A stretch of DNA of 64,000 bases from assembly GCA_026418175.1 (NCBI GenBank), contig JAOABX010000003.1:117084-181083 (forward strand), read 5' to 3'. The notes beneath the pieces were generated by a model that worked only from the letters and a program-made list of their open reading frames with translations, was not told where the DNA came from and did not search any database. The stretch is from Flavobacteriales bacterium. GTDB lineage: Bacteria > Bacteroidota > Bacteroidia > CAIKAF01. Shown here piece after piece: positions 1 to 9,798 of this stretch (the stretch's first letter is position 1; every line of letters begins with the position of its first letter). Both the position numbers and the translations under genes were made by a program.

Positions 1-323
1 GAAAATACAATGTAACAGTTCAGCAAATAAAAGATTGGAACAAATTAAATTCAGAGAATTTATTTATTGGCCAAAAACTAAAAATTATTACCGAAGGTAG
101 TTCTGCCTCTGTATCAGAATCTGGGGATAATCGAGGTACAACGGCAAATGCTGCCACAAATTCTTCAGGCGGCATTCAATATTATACTGTAAAGAGTGGT
201 GATACACTTTGGTCTATTTCGCAGAAATACAATACCTCTGTAGAAAATTTAAGAAAATGGAATAATCTTTACGAAGGAAAATCAATTCAGGTTGGGATGA
301 AAATTATTGTAGCGAAAAGTTGA
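1..323 (+). CDS. LysM domain protein, 5'-truncated by the window edge (C-terminal part only)
   Basis: Frame 3 is open from the window start to TGA at 321-323. The translation shows two LysM-like segments (KYNVTVQQIKDWNKLNSENLFIGQKLKI and YYTVKSGDTLWSISQKYNTSVENLRKWNNLYEGKSIQVGMKIIV). It is absent from the ORF track because there is no start codon inside the window. Confidence 0.7.
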   Translation, partial: KYNVTVQQIKDWNKLNSENLFIGQKLKIITEGSSASVSESGDNRGTTANAATNSSGGIQYYTVKSGDTLWSISQKYNTSVENLRKWNNLYEGKSIQVGMKIIVAKS

Positions 324-1339
324 TGAGTTTTCTTCAAAATAGCCGGGTATATTTTATAATAATAATTTCTTTTCTTTTTGGATGTGGAAAAGGAGAGAAA
401 ATACTTCCCCGTTCAACCGGAAAAGAAGGAGAACTTCTGCTGATTGTTGATGAAAAATACTGGAATCATCCGGTAGGAGATACGCTTAAAGCTTTTTTTT
501 CAGAAGAAATGCCGGGTTTACCTCAAGCAGAGCCGATGTTTAAAGTGTATAAGATTTTTCCTAAAGATTTTACGCTTTCATTCAAAACCAATAAAAACAT
601 ATTGATTATAAATATTGACTCCAATCATCCGGTGCAAGATCCAACCCTTGAGATTGGTTATGATAATTGGGCAAAAGATCAGCTGGCAATGAAGTTGAAT
701 TGTAACAACCCGGATGAGTTTTTTGATGCGTTTCGGCAAAAAAGAAAACGGATTTCACAATTATTTGTGGATAAAGACTTGGAGCGTTATCAGCGCAAGT
801 ATGCTATGACATCTTCAAAAGCTATTCAGGATAAACTGGAGGAGAAATTTGGAATAAAAATGTCAATACCAGAGGGTTTTTATATTAACCGAGAAGAACG
901 TGATTTTATTTATTTATCCCATGAAGCGTTTAAAAAAGTGGGGCCTCTACAACATCAAATTACCCGTGGGATTTGGATATACACATTTCCATACACTAAT
1001 CCGCAGACATTTACCAAAAAGTTTGTAACGCATTTACGTGATTCTATTACTCGTTTATACATACCAGGTGCTGTTGATAGTTCGTATATGGCTATAGAAT
1101 ACATGTATCCCCCCGATTCTGCTTCAACCACCATACAAAAAGAATATGCGTTAGAAACACGTGGATTGTGGCATATGGAAAATTATTTTATGGGAGGCCC
1201 ATTTTTGAATTACATTACTTATGATAAGCAAAAAAAGCGAATCATAATGGTGGATGGGTTTGTATTTGCCCCCCGTTTTGATAAGAGGGAATACATGCTC
1301 CAATTGGAAGCCATGTTAAAGTCACTAACGGTGCTTTGA
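323..1339 (+). CDS. Hypothetical lipoprotein: signal peptide with a lipobox-like FGCGKG
   Basis: ORF track 320..1339; the first ATG is at 323. The N-terminus MSFLQNSRVYFIIIISFLFGC is a lipoprotein-type signal. There are no catalytic motifs I can name. It is a conserved-looking ~330-aa Bacteroidota lipoprotein directly downstream of the LysM gene. Confidence 0.5.
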   Translation: MSFLQNSRVYFIIIISFLFGCGKGEKILPRSTGKEGELLLIVDEKYWNHPVGDTLKAFFSEEMPGLPQAEPMFKVYKIFPKDFTLSFKTNKNILIINIDSNHPVQDPTLEIGYDNWAKDQLAMKLNCNNPDEFFDAFRQKRKRISQLFVDKDLERYQRKYAMTSSKAIQDKLEEKFGIKMSIPEGFYINREERDFIYLSHEAFKKVGPLQHQITRGIWIYTFPYTNPQTFTKKFVTHLRDSITRLYIPGAVDSSYMAIEYMYPPDSASTTIQKEYALETRGLWHMENYFMGGPFLNYITYDKQKKRIIMVDGFVFAPRFDKREYMLQLEAMLKSLTVL

Positions 1340-1420
1340 TAGTAAGTTTCTTTTTCTTAATTTCAAGTTTTGTTTAAAAAAGAGATTATTAAACCTTTTA
1401 AATTAATCTAAAACAAGTAT

Positions 1421-3016
1421 ATGAAGCACTATTTTATACTGGTATTTTTTTCTGCAGCATTGCTTTTTTCATTAAAAGCACAAACCCCCACATGGTCTGA
1501 AAACATTGCGTGTATTATGTACACTAACTGTACACGTTGTCATAATCCCGGGGGTGTTGGATTATTTTCACTGGTAGATTATGCCGATGCCTATGCTGCT
1601 CGGTTTATTGTACGAGATGCAGTACTGAATAAAGTAATGCCTCCCTGGCCGCCTGATCCAACATATCAAACCTATGCCCACGAACGATTGCTTACCCAAC
1701 AGGAAATAGATTTAATTGTAAATTGGGTAAATGGTGGTGCGCCCGAAGGCCCTCCCTCTGTTGCGCCAACTCCGCCGGTATATACTTCGGCAAGTGAGCT
1801 AAGTCAAATTGATTGGTCAGGTGTTATTCCAACATACACGAATGGTGCCACTCAGGATGATTATCGCTGTTTTGTAATTCCTACGGGATTATCTACTGAT
1901 AAGTTTGTCAAATCCATTGAAATACTACCAGGAAACAGAAGCATTGTGCATCACGTATTGGTTTTCGCAGATACCTCAAGTCAGGTTTTAACGCTGGATG
2001 CCAATGATCCAGGACCTGGATACACTAGTTTTGGCGGTACAGGTAGTAATACATCTAAACTAATTGCAGCTTGGGTTCCAGGGTCAGAATATATAACTTA
2101 TCCTGCAGGCATGGGGGTAAAATTACGTGCCAATTCATACATTATAATGCAAATTCACTATCCGGCCGGAACTCAGGGCCAGATTGATTCAACCCGTATT
2201 AACATAGAATATGCTCCTGCAAGTGGAAGGGAAGTTTCTTTAGATCCGGTGCTCAATCATATTACCAACATTTCTCCTCCTTTAATTATACCGCCTAATA
2301 CTGTAAAATCTTTTGTGGAAGAATATACTATTCCTAGTGTAACTCCATTCTCTGATTTTTTTACTGTATTATCTGTAGCACCACACATGCATAAGGTTGG
2401 AACTTCTATAAAGTGTTATGCAGTGTTGCCATCAAACGATACCATTCCACTGATACATATTCCTAAATGGGATTTTAAGTGGCAGGGACAATATAATTTC
2501 CGACAGCCCAAAGTATTTCCGGAGGGAACTAAACTGCGTGCAGAGGCAGTGTATGATAACACCAGCAATAATCCCAATGCGCCGAATCCGAATAATTGGG
2601 TCTTTGCCGGTGAAGCAACAAATGAAGAAATGATGATGGTTTATTTTGCTTATCTCTATGCTTTTCCAGGTGATGAAAATATTATTGTTGATACAACTAC
2701 CGTTAAACCTACCTACAACAACTGTAAATTTGTAGGGTTAGAAGATTGGGGAATAAAAGAAGCCAGCATTCAGTTATATCCTAATCCTACGGATGGTTTT
2801 TCCATGCTTCGGTTTGAAGCCGAAAAAAGTAATGATTTGGAAATAAAAATTTGTGATATGCAAGGCAAAGTGGTATATCAATACCATACATTTGTGCACT
2901 CTGGGGTTTTCACGTATCCTGTGGAGGTGAATGCCATCCCGGCAGGGCAGTATTTTGTGGTGTTAGGATGGGGTAAGGAAAAATACACCCGGCCATTGAT
3001 TGTTGTTAAGAATTAA
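1421..3016 (+). CDS. Secreted cytochrome c domain fused to a PHM/DBH-like copper type II monooxygenase domain, with a T9SS C-terminal sorting domain
   Basis: There is a signal peptide and one CXXCH heme motif (CTRCH). The later motifs HHVLVFAD, MQIHYP, APHMHKVG and EEMMMVYF match the CuH (HH...H) and CuM (HxH...M) ligand pattern of peptidylglycine alpha-hydroxylating monooxygenase / dopamine beta-hydroxylase. The C-terminus (LYPNPTDGFSMLRF...YFVVL) is a type A T9SS sorting domain. Confidence 0.6.
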   Translation: MKHYFILVFFSAALLFSLKAQTPTWSENIACIMYTNCTRCHNPGGVGLFSLVDYADAYAARFIVRDAVLNKVMPPWPPDPTYQTYAHERLLTQQEIDLIVNWVNGGAPEGPPSVAPTPPVYTSASELSQIDWSGVIPTYTNGATQDDYRCFVIPTGLSTDKFVKSIEILPGNRSIVHHVLVFADTSSQVLTLDANDPGPGYTSFGGTGSNTSKLIAAWVPGSEYITYPAGMGVKLRANSYIIMQIHYPAGTQGQIDSTRINIEYAPASGREVSLDPVLNHITNISPPLIIPPNTVKSFVEEYTIPSVTPFSDFFTVLSVAPHMHKVGTSIKCYAVLPSNDTIPLIHIPKWDFKWQGQYNFRQPKVFPEGTKLRAEAVYDNTSNNPNAPNPNNWVFAGEATNEEMMMVYFAYLYAFPGDENIIVDTTTVKPTYNNCKFVGLEDWGIKEASIQLYPNPTDGFSMLRFEAEKSNDLEIKICDMQGKVVYQYHTFVHSGVFTYPVEVNAIPAGQYFVVLGWGKEKYTRPLIVVKN

Positions 3017-3044
3017 GCTACATATACCATAGATATTCGAAAAA

Positions 3045-3074
3045 ACAGGCCTTTCAAAAGCCTGTTTTTTTTTA
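3045..3074 (+). terminator. Rho-independent terminator downstream of 1421..3016
   Basis: Hairpin acaggc / gcctgt (6-bp stem, 9-nt loop) followed by nine T (3066-3074), ~30 nt after the stop codon. Confidence 0.6.
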
Positions 3075-3503
3075 TTACTTTTCATTCAATAACTTGATAT
3101 TTTAATCTACTTTAAGAAAAAAGTTATTGGGGTATTTGAAAGTTATAAAAGGGTGTGATGGTAAAAGATGTTACCCTGAATTGGGGTACTTTTTCTAGAG
3201 CAGTGTACAGTTATTTAATCAATTGTTTTTAAATACGAAGCATTGGCTGAAAACAGGAAATTGAAACATCACACGGTAATTATTCAGAGAAATGCTAATT
3301 TATTGTATAAGCCGTGGAATTTTCTAAAGCATGAAGTTATAAATTAAGGGGGTGCTTGTTGATATGAGTAGTCATCTATTAAAAGTATTATCTTACACTG
3401 CCGATATGAATAAAAATATTGCAGAATATTGAATATCCTAATTTTCCAATTATACCCAAATGATAGCAATAATTTTGTTTTTAAAAACACAAAACGATAA
3501 AAC

Positions 3504-4097
3504 ATGAATACACCAGGATTAGAACTTATTCTACAAAATATTTCTAGGTTTATTGAGTTGAACAGTGGTGAAATAGATTTTTTTGTTTCACTGTTAAAAC
3601 CTCATCATCTCCGCCGAAGACAATTTTTATTGCAAGAAGGAATGGTATGTAATTACACTGCTTTTGTGTACAATGGATGCCTGCGTTCGTATTCGGTAGA
3701 TTCGAATGGTTTTGAACATATATTACAGTTTGCTATTGAAGATTGGTGGATTGGTGATATGTACAGCTTAGTAACCCGACAGCCTGGCTTTTTAACCATT
3801 GATGCATTGGAAGAAAGCGATGTATTGTTGTTGCACCGAGATGACCAGTTAAGGTTATTTAATGAAGTTCCGAAATTTGAACGATTTTTCAGAATTTTAT
3901 TAGAGAAGTCTATGGTGATGCATCAATTACGGTTGATGGAAAATATCAGTATGCCAGCAGCTCAGCGATATCAGATTTTTGCTTCACGTTATCCTCAAAT
4001 CATAGCGAGGGTGCCGCAAACACAGATTGCTGCTTACTTAGGCATTACTCCCGAATTTTTAAGTAAAATCAAGAAAGATTTACTTCGTAAAAAATAA
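3504..4097 (+). CDS. Crp/Fnr family transcriptional regulator (cNMP-binding domain plus C-terminal HTH)
   Basis: 197 aa; N-terminal cyclic-nucleotide-binding-like beta roll and a C-terminal HTH (QTQIAAYLGITPEFLSKIKKDL). Typical size for the family. Confidence 0.7.
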   Translation: MNTPGLELILQNISRFIELNSGEIDFFVSLLKPHHLRRRQFLLQEGMVCNYTAFVYNGCLRSYSVDSNGFEHILQFAIEDWWIGDMYSLVTRQPGFLTIDALEESDVLLLHRDDQLRLFNEVPKFERFFRILLEKSMVMHQLRLMENISMPAAQRYQIFASRYPQIIARVPQTQIAAYLGITPEFLSKIKKDLLRKK

Positions 4098-4206
4098 ATT
4101 TGATTCTTCTCACTTAAACTAGATTAAGAGTATTTCTTAAACTTGTTTATTGGCCTTGACGCAGTAGCTGTCATAACTTTGGTTTTGAATTTAAAAACTA
4201 AATGAT

Positions 4207-4734
4207 ATGGCAACTTATGTAATAGACGCAGCACATTCTGAAATACAGTTCAAAGTAAAACATTTGATGATTTCTACTGTAACTGGAAATTTTACCCGGT
4301 TTGATGCAACCATGCAAGCGGAGGACGATGCATTTTTAAATGCATCTATATCTTTTGAAGCAGATGTTAATAGTATTCAAACCGGAAATGAACAACGAGA
4401 TGGACATTTAAAAAGTGCAGATTTTTTCGATGCAGAGAATCATCCTAAAATTTCATTTGCTTCTTCTTCCTTCGTTTCAAAAGGAGATAATCACTATTCC
4501 TTAGAAGGTACTTTAACAATTCGTGGAAATAGTAAGAAGGTGGTATTAGATGTTGAATACCTTGGAAAGATGGTTGACTTTTATGGTAATGAAAAGCATG
4601 GATTTGAGCTGAATGGAAAAATTAATCGGAAAGACTTTGGGTTAGAATGGAGTGCAGTAACCGAAGCCGGTGGTATAGTAGTATCTGATGAGGTACGATT
4701 GCACATGAACGTGCAGATGCAAAAAGTTAATTAA
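4207..4734 (+). CDS. YceI-like family (polyisoprenoid-binding) protein
   Basis: 175 aa; the start YVIDAAHSEIQFKVKHLMISTVTGNFTRFD and later RDGHLKSADFFD are YceI family hallmarks. It pairs with the upstream Crp-family regulator. Confidence 0.75.
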   Translation: MATYVIDAAHSEIQFKVKHLMISTVTGNFTRFDATMQAEDDAFLNASISFEADVNSIQTGNEQRDGHLKSADFFDAENHPKISFASSSFVSKGDNHYSLEGTLTIRGNSKKVVLDVEYLGKMVDFYGNEKHGFELNGKINRKDFGLEWSAVTEAGGIVVSDEVRLHMNVQMQKVN

Positions 4735-6571
4735 ATAACGAAAGCGTTCCTTTCTGCACTTCCCCTGTATCCATTCGTTTCAGTACATAAAAATATACAC
4801 CGGAGGTAGCTTTTTCTCCGGTGTTATTTATTTTACCATTCCATAGTTGGTTGGGATCTTCTGTTTCAAAAACTGCATTTCCCCAGCGGTTATAAATGAT
4901 TAAATGAAATTTTAAAGGCAATCCAGGTATAAAAAGTATATCGTTTATTCCGTCATCATTGGGTGAAAATACATTGGGTACAACAATCGGACAAGATAAC
5001 CCGACAGTGAAGTTTTTAACGATAGTATCACTAGTAAATTCATTCGTAGCAATCAATGTAACCGAATAGGTTCCTGATGCGTTGTAGCATATATTTTGTG
5101 GGTTTTGCTCGTTTGAAGTATCAGGAATAGCTCCGGGGAAAAACCAACGCCAGGAGGTAGGTTCGTATTTAGTTTGATCTTTGAAGCTCAGGCAGCGATT
5201 TGGGCAGTTTTCAATAGATTGTGTAGTGTCAAATTGAGCAACTGGTGTAATATATTCACATTCTGTTTTACGAGATATGTTTGGTACTAAAACTATTGGG
5301 GTGTGTGATGCAACGTTCACTATTGGATCGGAAACTGTAAGGGTGATATTTGCCTCTATCAGTGGCTGCGCTGTAGTAAATAAGTTAATTGATTCTGAAA
5401 AGCATCCTGCATTGCCTTGCAAGTCTGTTTTTACTAAAGCGGCATCTCGTTGTGCAGTAGGGAGTCGAATATCTCCTGTCCAAATGAAACCCTTACCGGG
5501 TAAAAATTGCAATGCATATGGATAATTTGTAAAGTTAGGCGAAATGGGATAATGAGCAATCCATTCTTTGGTTCCATTGGTATTATACAATGCCAGAAAC
5601 ACATCCCGTTCATTCATTCCTCCCAAATCGCCAATGGCGGCAATTCGTCCGTTGGCAATACAGATATCACGGATTATTTCTCCTTGAGAAGTACCGCCAT
5701 CTAAAAAGATTTTGTTTTTTATAATACCATACTCATCACATTTAAGTAAGAATCCATCAAAATTTGAATTTGTAAAAAAACTATATCCTCCCAGCCAAAT
5801 TTCGTCCAAATCATTTATTCGTAACGACGTAGGCATATCGTCATACGTAGTGCTGTACACTTTGCTCCAAATTAAATTCCCGGAGGCATTTAACCTCATC
5901 AAAACTATATCTGTAAAAACATTCATTCGGGAAGCTGCAACGATCAAATCTCCGTTTGAAAGTTCACCACAACGTACTGGTATTAACTCTCCTTGTGCAC
6001 TGATAATTTTATCCCATAATGGGTTCCCGTTTCCATCTGTTTTAATAACTAAAATTTGTTCGGTGTTTATATTGTCGTAGGCTGATACAATTAACAAGTA
6101 ACCACCGGATTTAAGCTCTAAAACATCCACTCCGCGATCGCTAATGCTTATTGTGTAAAATTTACACCATTGGGGAAGTCCAGCTAAATTTAGTTTTAAT
6201 AAAAAAGCTTTTCGTTCACCCCCCATTCCAAAATCACCGGCTACACCGGTGATAATATAGCCGCCATCGGTTGTTTGAATGAGCTTGGATGCCAAACATG
6301 AATTTAAAATTCCATATTCCTGTATCCATTGATATTCGCCAGTTTCATCGGTTTTAATAACACCAATATTTATTTCGTTGTTTTGAGATGGATTGGTTGG
6401 AGTATTTATACACATGGCATACCCTTGATCGGAAGTTTGTAATACATAGGTGCCATAGTCATCTTCATTATTTCCATAGCTTTTTAAAAAAGTTATTTGC
6501 CCTGTAATGTGAACAGTGATGAGTAACAAAAGAAATAATCCTATAAATTTCATATGCAGGGATGAAGCCAT
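4727..6571 (-). CDS. Secreted repeat (beta-propeller-like) protein with a PKD-like domain and a type B T9SS C-terminal domain (gliding-motility-associated CTD)
   Basis: Signal peptide; an alternative ATG at 6553 gives MKFIGLFLLLL. The C-terminus PNVFSPNDDGINDILFIPGLPLKFHLIIYNRWGNAVF...GVYFYVLK is the type B (CHU_C-like) T9SS CTD. It overlaps the convergent YceI gene by 8 nt. Confidence 0.7.
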   Translation of the reverse strand: MASSLHMKFIGLFLLLLITVHITGQITFLKSYGNNEDDYGTYVLQTSDQGYAMCINTPTNPSQNNEINIGVIKTDETGEYQWIQEYGILNSCLASKLIQTTDGGYIITGVAGDFGMGGERKAFLLKLNLAGLPQWCKFYTISISDRGVDVLELKSGGYLLIVSAYDNINTEQILVIKTDGNGNPLWDKIISAQGELIPVRCGELSNGDLIVAASRMNVFTDIVLMRLNASGNLIWSKVYSTTYDDMPTSLRINDLDEIWLGGYSFFTNSNFDGFLLKCDEYGIIKNKIFLDGGTSQGEIIRDICIANGRIAAIGDLGGMNERDVFLALYNTNGTKEWIAHYPISPNFTNYPYALQFLPGKGFIWTGDIRLPTAQRDAALVKTDLQGNAGCFSESINLFTTAQPLIEANITLTVSDPIVNVASHTPIVLVPNISRKTECEYITPVAQFDTTQSIENCPNRCLSFKDQTKYEPTSWRWFFPGAIPDTSNEQNPQNICYNASGTYSVTLIATNEFTSDTIVKNFTVGLSCPIVVPNVFSPNDDGINDILFIPGLPLKFHLIIYNRWGNAVFETEDPNQLWNGKINNTGEKATSGVYFYVLKRMDTGEVQKGTLSLFN

Positions 6572-6602
6572 ATAAAATTAAGGAATAATTACAATATGCA
6601 GA

Positions 6603-7388
6603 TTATTGCAAAATGACTGTAATTTTTTGTGAAGTGCATGCATTAAAATATCCCAACACTCTGTGTCCTTCCAAATTGGTTACTGGATTTGAAGGGGTGG
6701 CGCTTTGAAGTAGCAAATTTCCAGCTGTCTGATTAAGACTAAAATAGTAGTCGTAAATTCTTTTTTCTATGCACTGCATTTCTATTTCAATGGTATCACC
6801 TGTATTTATACTTCCTCCGGCCAAAAATGACCGGGTGTTGGGCAGACCATTTATTCCCACATCGTTAAACACATAGAAGGCATTTCTTTTTTTACCTTTC
6901 TTATAAAGTATAAACCGATAAAAGTTTCCGGGGTCAGGGGGATCAGTAAAATGAGGAGTCATTATATATCGTGTGTTGCCGAACCAATTAATTAAATTAT
7001 AACTTATACTATCAAAAATTACTTTCTGAGGCATATAGCAACTAGCGGTGACAGTATCACTGGGAGTGAAGATGGAAAGATAATACGTGCTATTTTCTAT
7101 GCCTTGAATTATATTGGTTTGATATCTCCCTGAATCCAAATGGGTAAGTGTATCGGTATTACCGAAACTATCAGAGATTATCACTGTAGCATTATCCACG
7201 GTTGGAAAAATATTGTAATCGTCAAAATTTACACTTTGAGTTAATTTTACATGATAGGGTCCAGTTTGGTTAGTAATATTGGCTTCTACTACTAGGTAAG
7301 GGCTGGCTTCATTCAAATCTATTTCTATTACCTGCTGGCAGGAGATGAAATAAATTGAAACTAATGCTACAGGGAATAGATGTTTCAT
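6603..7388 (-). CDS. DUF4249-like lipoprotein (usual partner of CarboxypepD_reg-type TonB-dependent receptors)
   Basis: 261 aa; lipoprotein signal (VALVSIYFISCQQ). It is translationally coupled to the upstream TonB-dependent receptor (ATGA overlap at 7388). The family assignment is from memory of the typical gene pair. Confidence 0.5.
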   Translation of the reverse strand: MKHLFPVALVSIYFISCQQVIEIDLNEASPYLVVEANITNQTGPYHVKLTQSVNFDDYNIFPTVDNATVIISDSFGNTDTLTHLDSGRYQTNIIQGIENSTYYLSIFTPSDTVTASCYMPQKVIFDSISYNLINWFGNTRYIMTPHFTDPPDPGNFYRFILYKKGKKRNAFYVFNDVGINGLPNTRSFLAGGSINTGDTIEIEMQCIEKRIYDYYFSLNQTAGNLLLQSATPSNPVTNLEGHRVLGYFNACTSQKITVILQ

Positions 7389-9742
7389 TAAAATTTAAAA
7401 TTATATCCAACATAAGGTACAATACCAAATAGGGCTGTACTTACAGCTTCGGTTTTGCCCGGTTCGGTTTTGCTTTCTCTGAATGTAATGCGGTATGTGT
7501 TGTGTCTGTTGTACACATTGTAGGCGCCAAAAGTTAATTCAGACACAATCATTTTTCGTTTGGGCAATCCTTTTTTATTTACCCGTTTTTTGTTACTTCT
7601 TAAATCAATGGCTACCCCAAGGTCTAATCGGTGGTAGTCAGGCATGCGGTATCCGTTTCGTTCCGTAAATACATAAACTATTTTTCCATCAATTTCATAT
7701 TTGCCACTGGGAAATGTTACAGCATTTCCTGTATAATAAACAAATACACCTGTAAAAGTGAAACGTTTCCAATTGTAGGCTAATACAATGTTCACGTTGT
7801 GAGTTCTGTCTTGCCGGGCCGGATACCAGTTGAAATCATTAATGCCTTGGAAACGACGTTCAGTTCGTGAAAGCGTGTAAGCTATCCAACCGGTAAATTT
7901 TTCTTTATTTTTTCTAAAACAAAATTCCATTCCGTAAGCCCGGCCATTCCCAGTTAATAAATCGGCTTCATACAATTCATTATTCAGTACATCAGCTCCA
8001 TTTTTATAATCTAACTGGTTTTGCAGATGTTTGTAGTATCCTTCTAGGCTTATTTCAAACATTTGCTGATGTACCTGTTGAAATAAACCTAGCGACACTT
8101 GGTCCGAAATTTCGGGGCGTACCAGATTGCTGCTTGGAACCCACTTATCAGTAGGATTGCTAGCAAATGAATTGGCCAGCAAATGCAAAAATTGTGTATG
8201 ACGGGCATAGCCTATCTTAATTGATGTATATCGAAATGGGTGAAAATTAAAAAATAACCGAGGTTCTATGTTGACATAAGAAGCTGGAAACGAAAAGGAA
8301 TTGTAGTGCAGTGTATCTGAAATTTCTCCCGAGTTGTTTTTTACATAAAAGTCTCCAGGACCTGTGGCGTTAAAATTTACTAAACGCAGGCCGGAGTGTA
8401 TTTTCATCCAGTGAAGTGTAGCCCACTCATGATTAATATATAAAGCATTTTCCCAACTGTATCTTTTTGAAAGGTCTGTCATATTAAATCCGGTAGCCCC
8501 GGTGCCGTCAATTTCTCCAGGTGTAACAATATGAACTGTTGATATGATACCGGCTCGTAAGGTGTGTTTGTAAGAAGGGTAGATTTGAAAATCCTGTTTT
8601 AACTGAAAATCCATGATTTCTGAGCGAAGCTTTATCCCTACACTGTCTGTACTTACGGTTACTGTGCTACTATAATCGCTAAATACAAAGGAAGTATTTG
8701 AGAATACATTGGAACGAATGAGTTGTTGAAATCGAATCGTAGCTAAGGCATTATACCACCAAAGTTGAAAATCTGAAAGCATCAACTCATCTTGGCCGTA
8801 GTATCCGGAAACAAGCAGACGACTTTTCTTACCAAGGTTAAAATTCAATTTTGCATTTATGTCATAAAAGTAGAGGACCGTATTTTTAATTGATGTATTG
8901 CTTGAAATTCGGGTAAAAAGATCAGCATAGGTACGTCTTCCTGAAACCAGATAGGAGCTTTTCCCTTTTTCAATCGGTCCTTCTGCCATGAGCCGAGCAG
9001 CAATAAGGCTTACACCTCCACCCAAGTGAAATTGTTGATTATCGCCTTCGTTCATGCGTACATCAAGCACCGATGAAATTCTTCCCCCGTATTGAGACGG
9101 AGCATTCCCTTTGTATAAAGTAGCCTCTTTGACAGCATCAGAATTGAATGATGAAAAGAATCCTAGCAGATGCGATGGATTGTACACCGTTGCATCATCA
9201 AGAACAATTAGGTTTTGATCTGCCGCTCCTCCTCTTATATGATATCCGCTGCTTCCTTCATTGGCTGCTTGCACTCCGGGTAAGAGTTGCATGGATTTTA
9301 TAAAATCACGCTCTCCAACCAGTACCGGTAATTTATTCATTTGTTGCAAATCAATTTTTTCTACGCCAGACAGTGAAGAAAGAAATGTATAGGCTGATAT
9401 AGAATCGGTAATATGAATTTCAGAAAGGGCTTTGGATGATGGATGAAGCATAACATCCCACTGAAAATTTGTTTGCAGAAAGGTATCCAACTTGTTGGGG
9501 GTATATCCTAAATATTGTACCAGTAATTGAAGTTTGCCAGAAGGAAGAGTAATTGAATAGAATCCAAATTCATTAGTGATTACTCCTGATTGTTGATTGT
9601 TAATCGAAATAATATTTGCCCCAATTAATGGCTCACCAGTTTGAGCATCTTTTATAAATCCGCTAACGGTAACTTTCGATTGCGCATTTATCCCTTCAAT
9701 AATTCCAAGAAAAAAAATCAGGTATTTAAGGTAAAGGTTCAC
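7388..9742 (-). CDS. TonB-dependent outer membrane receptor (N-terminal carboxypeptidase-regulatory-like domain, plug, beta-barrel)
   Basis: 784 aa; signal peptide; CarboxypepD_reg-like start (KVTVSGFIKDAQTGEPLIGANI...FGFYSITLPSGK); plug-like region (LPGVQAANEGSSGYHIRGGAADQNLIVLDDATVYNP); C-terminal aromatic residue (..GYNFKF). Confidence 0.8.
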   Translation of the reverse strand: MNLYLKYLIFFLGIIEGINAQSKVTVSGFIKDAQTGEPLIGANIISINNQQSGVITNEFGFYSITLPSGKLQLLVQYLGYTPNKLDTFLQTNFQWDVMLHPSSKALSEIHITDSISAYTFLSSLSGVEKIDLQQMNKLPVLVGERDFIKSMQLLPGVQAANEGSSGYHIRGGAADQNLIVLDDATVYNPSHLLGFFSSFNSDAVKEATLYKGNAPSQYGGRISSVLDVRMNEGDNQQFHLGGGVSLIAARLMAEGPIEKGKSSYLVSGRRTYADLFTRISSNTSIKNTVLYFYDINAKLNFNLGKKSRLLVSGYYGQDELMLSDFQLWWYNALATIRFQQLIRSNVFSNTSFVFSDYSSTVTVSTDSVGIKLRSEIMDFQLKQDFQIYPSYKHTLRAGIISTVHIVTPGEIDGTGATGFNMTDLSKRYSWENALYINHEWATLHWMKIHSGLRLVNFNATGPGDFYVKNNSGEISDTLHYNSFSFPASYVNIEPRLFFNFHPFRYTSIKIGYARHTQFLHLLANSFASNPTDKWVPSSNLVRPEISDQVSLGLFQQVHQQMFEISLEGYYKHLQNQLDYKNGADVLNNELYEADLLTGNGRAYGMEFCFRKNKEKFTGWIAYTLSRTERRFQGINDFNWYPARQDRTHNVNIVLAYNWKRFTFTGVFVYYTGNAVTFPSGKYEIDGKIVYVFTERNGYRMPDYHRLDLGVAIDLRSNKKRVNKKGLPKRKMIVSELTFGAYNVYNRHNTYRITFRESKTEPGKTEAVSTALFGIVPYVGYNFKF

Positions 9743-9798
9743 TTCGAAGCAAATGATTCCTAAAGTTACATTAAAAATAAAAGGTATAAATGCTTCTT

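Noticed and set aside
5277-6080. Three + strand ORFs (5277..5525, 5507..5704, 5712..6080) inside the - strand T9SS type B gene
   Set aside because: They are antisense to a long ORF with a coherent signal-peptide-to-CTD architecture. Their translations are low-complexity with no motifs and are typical spurious shadow ORFs.
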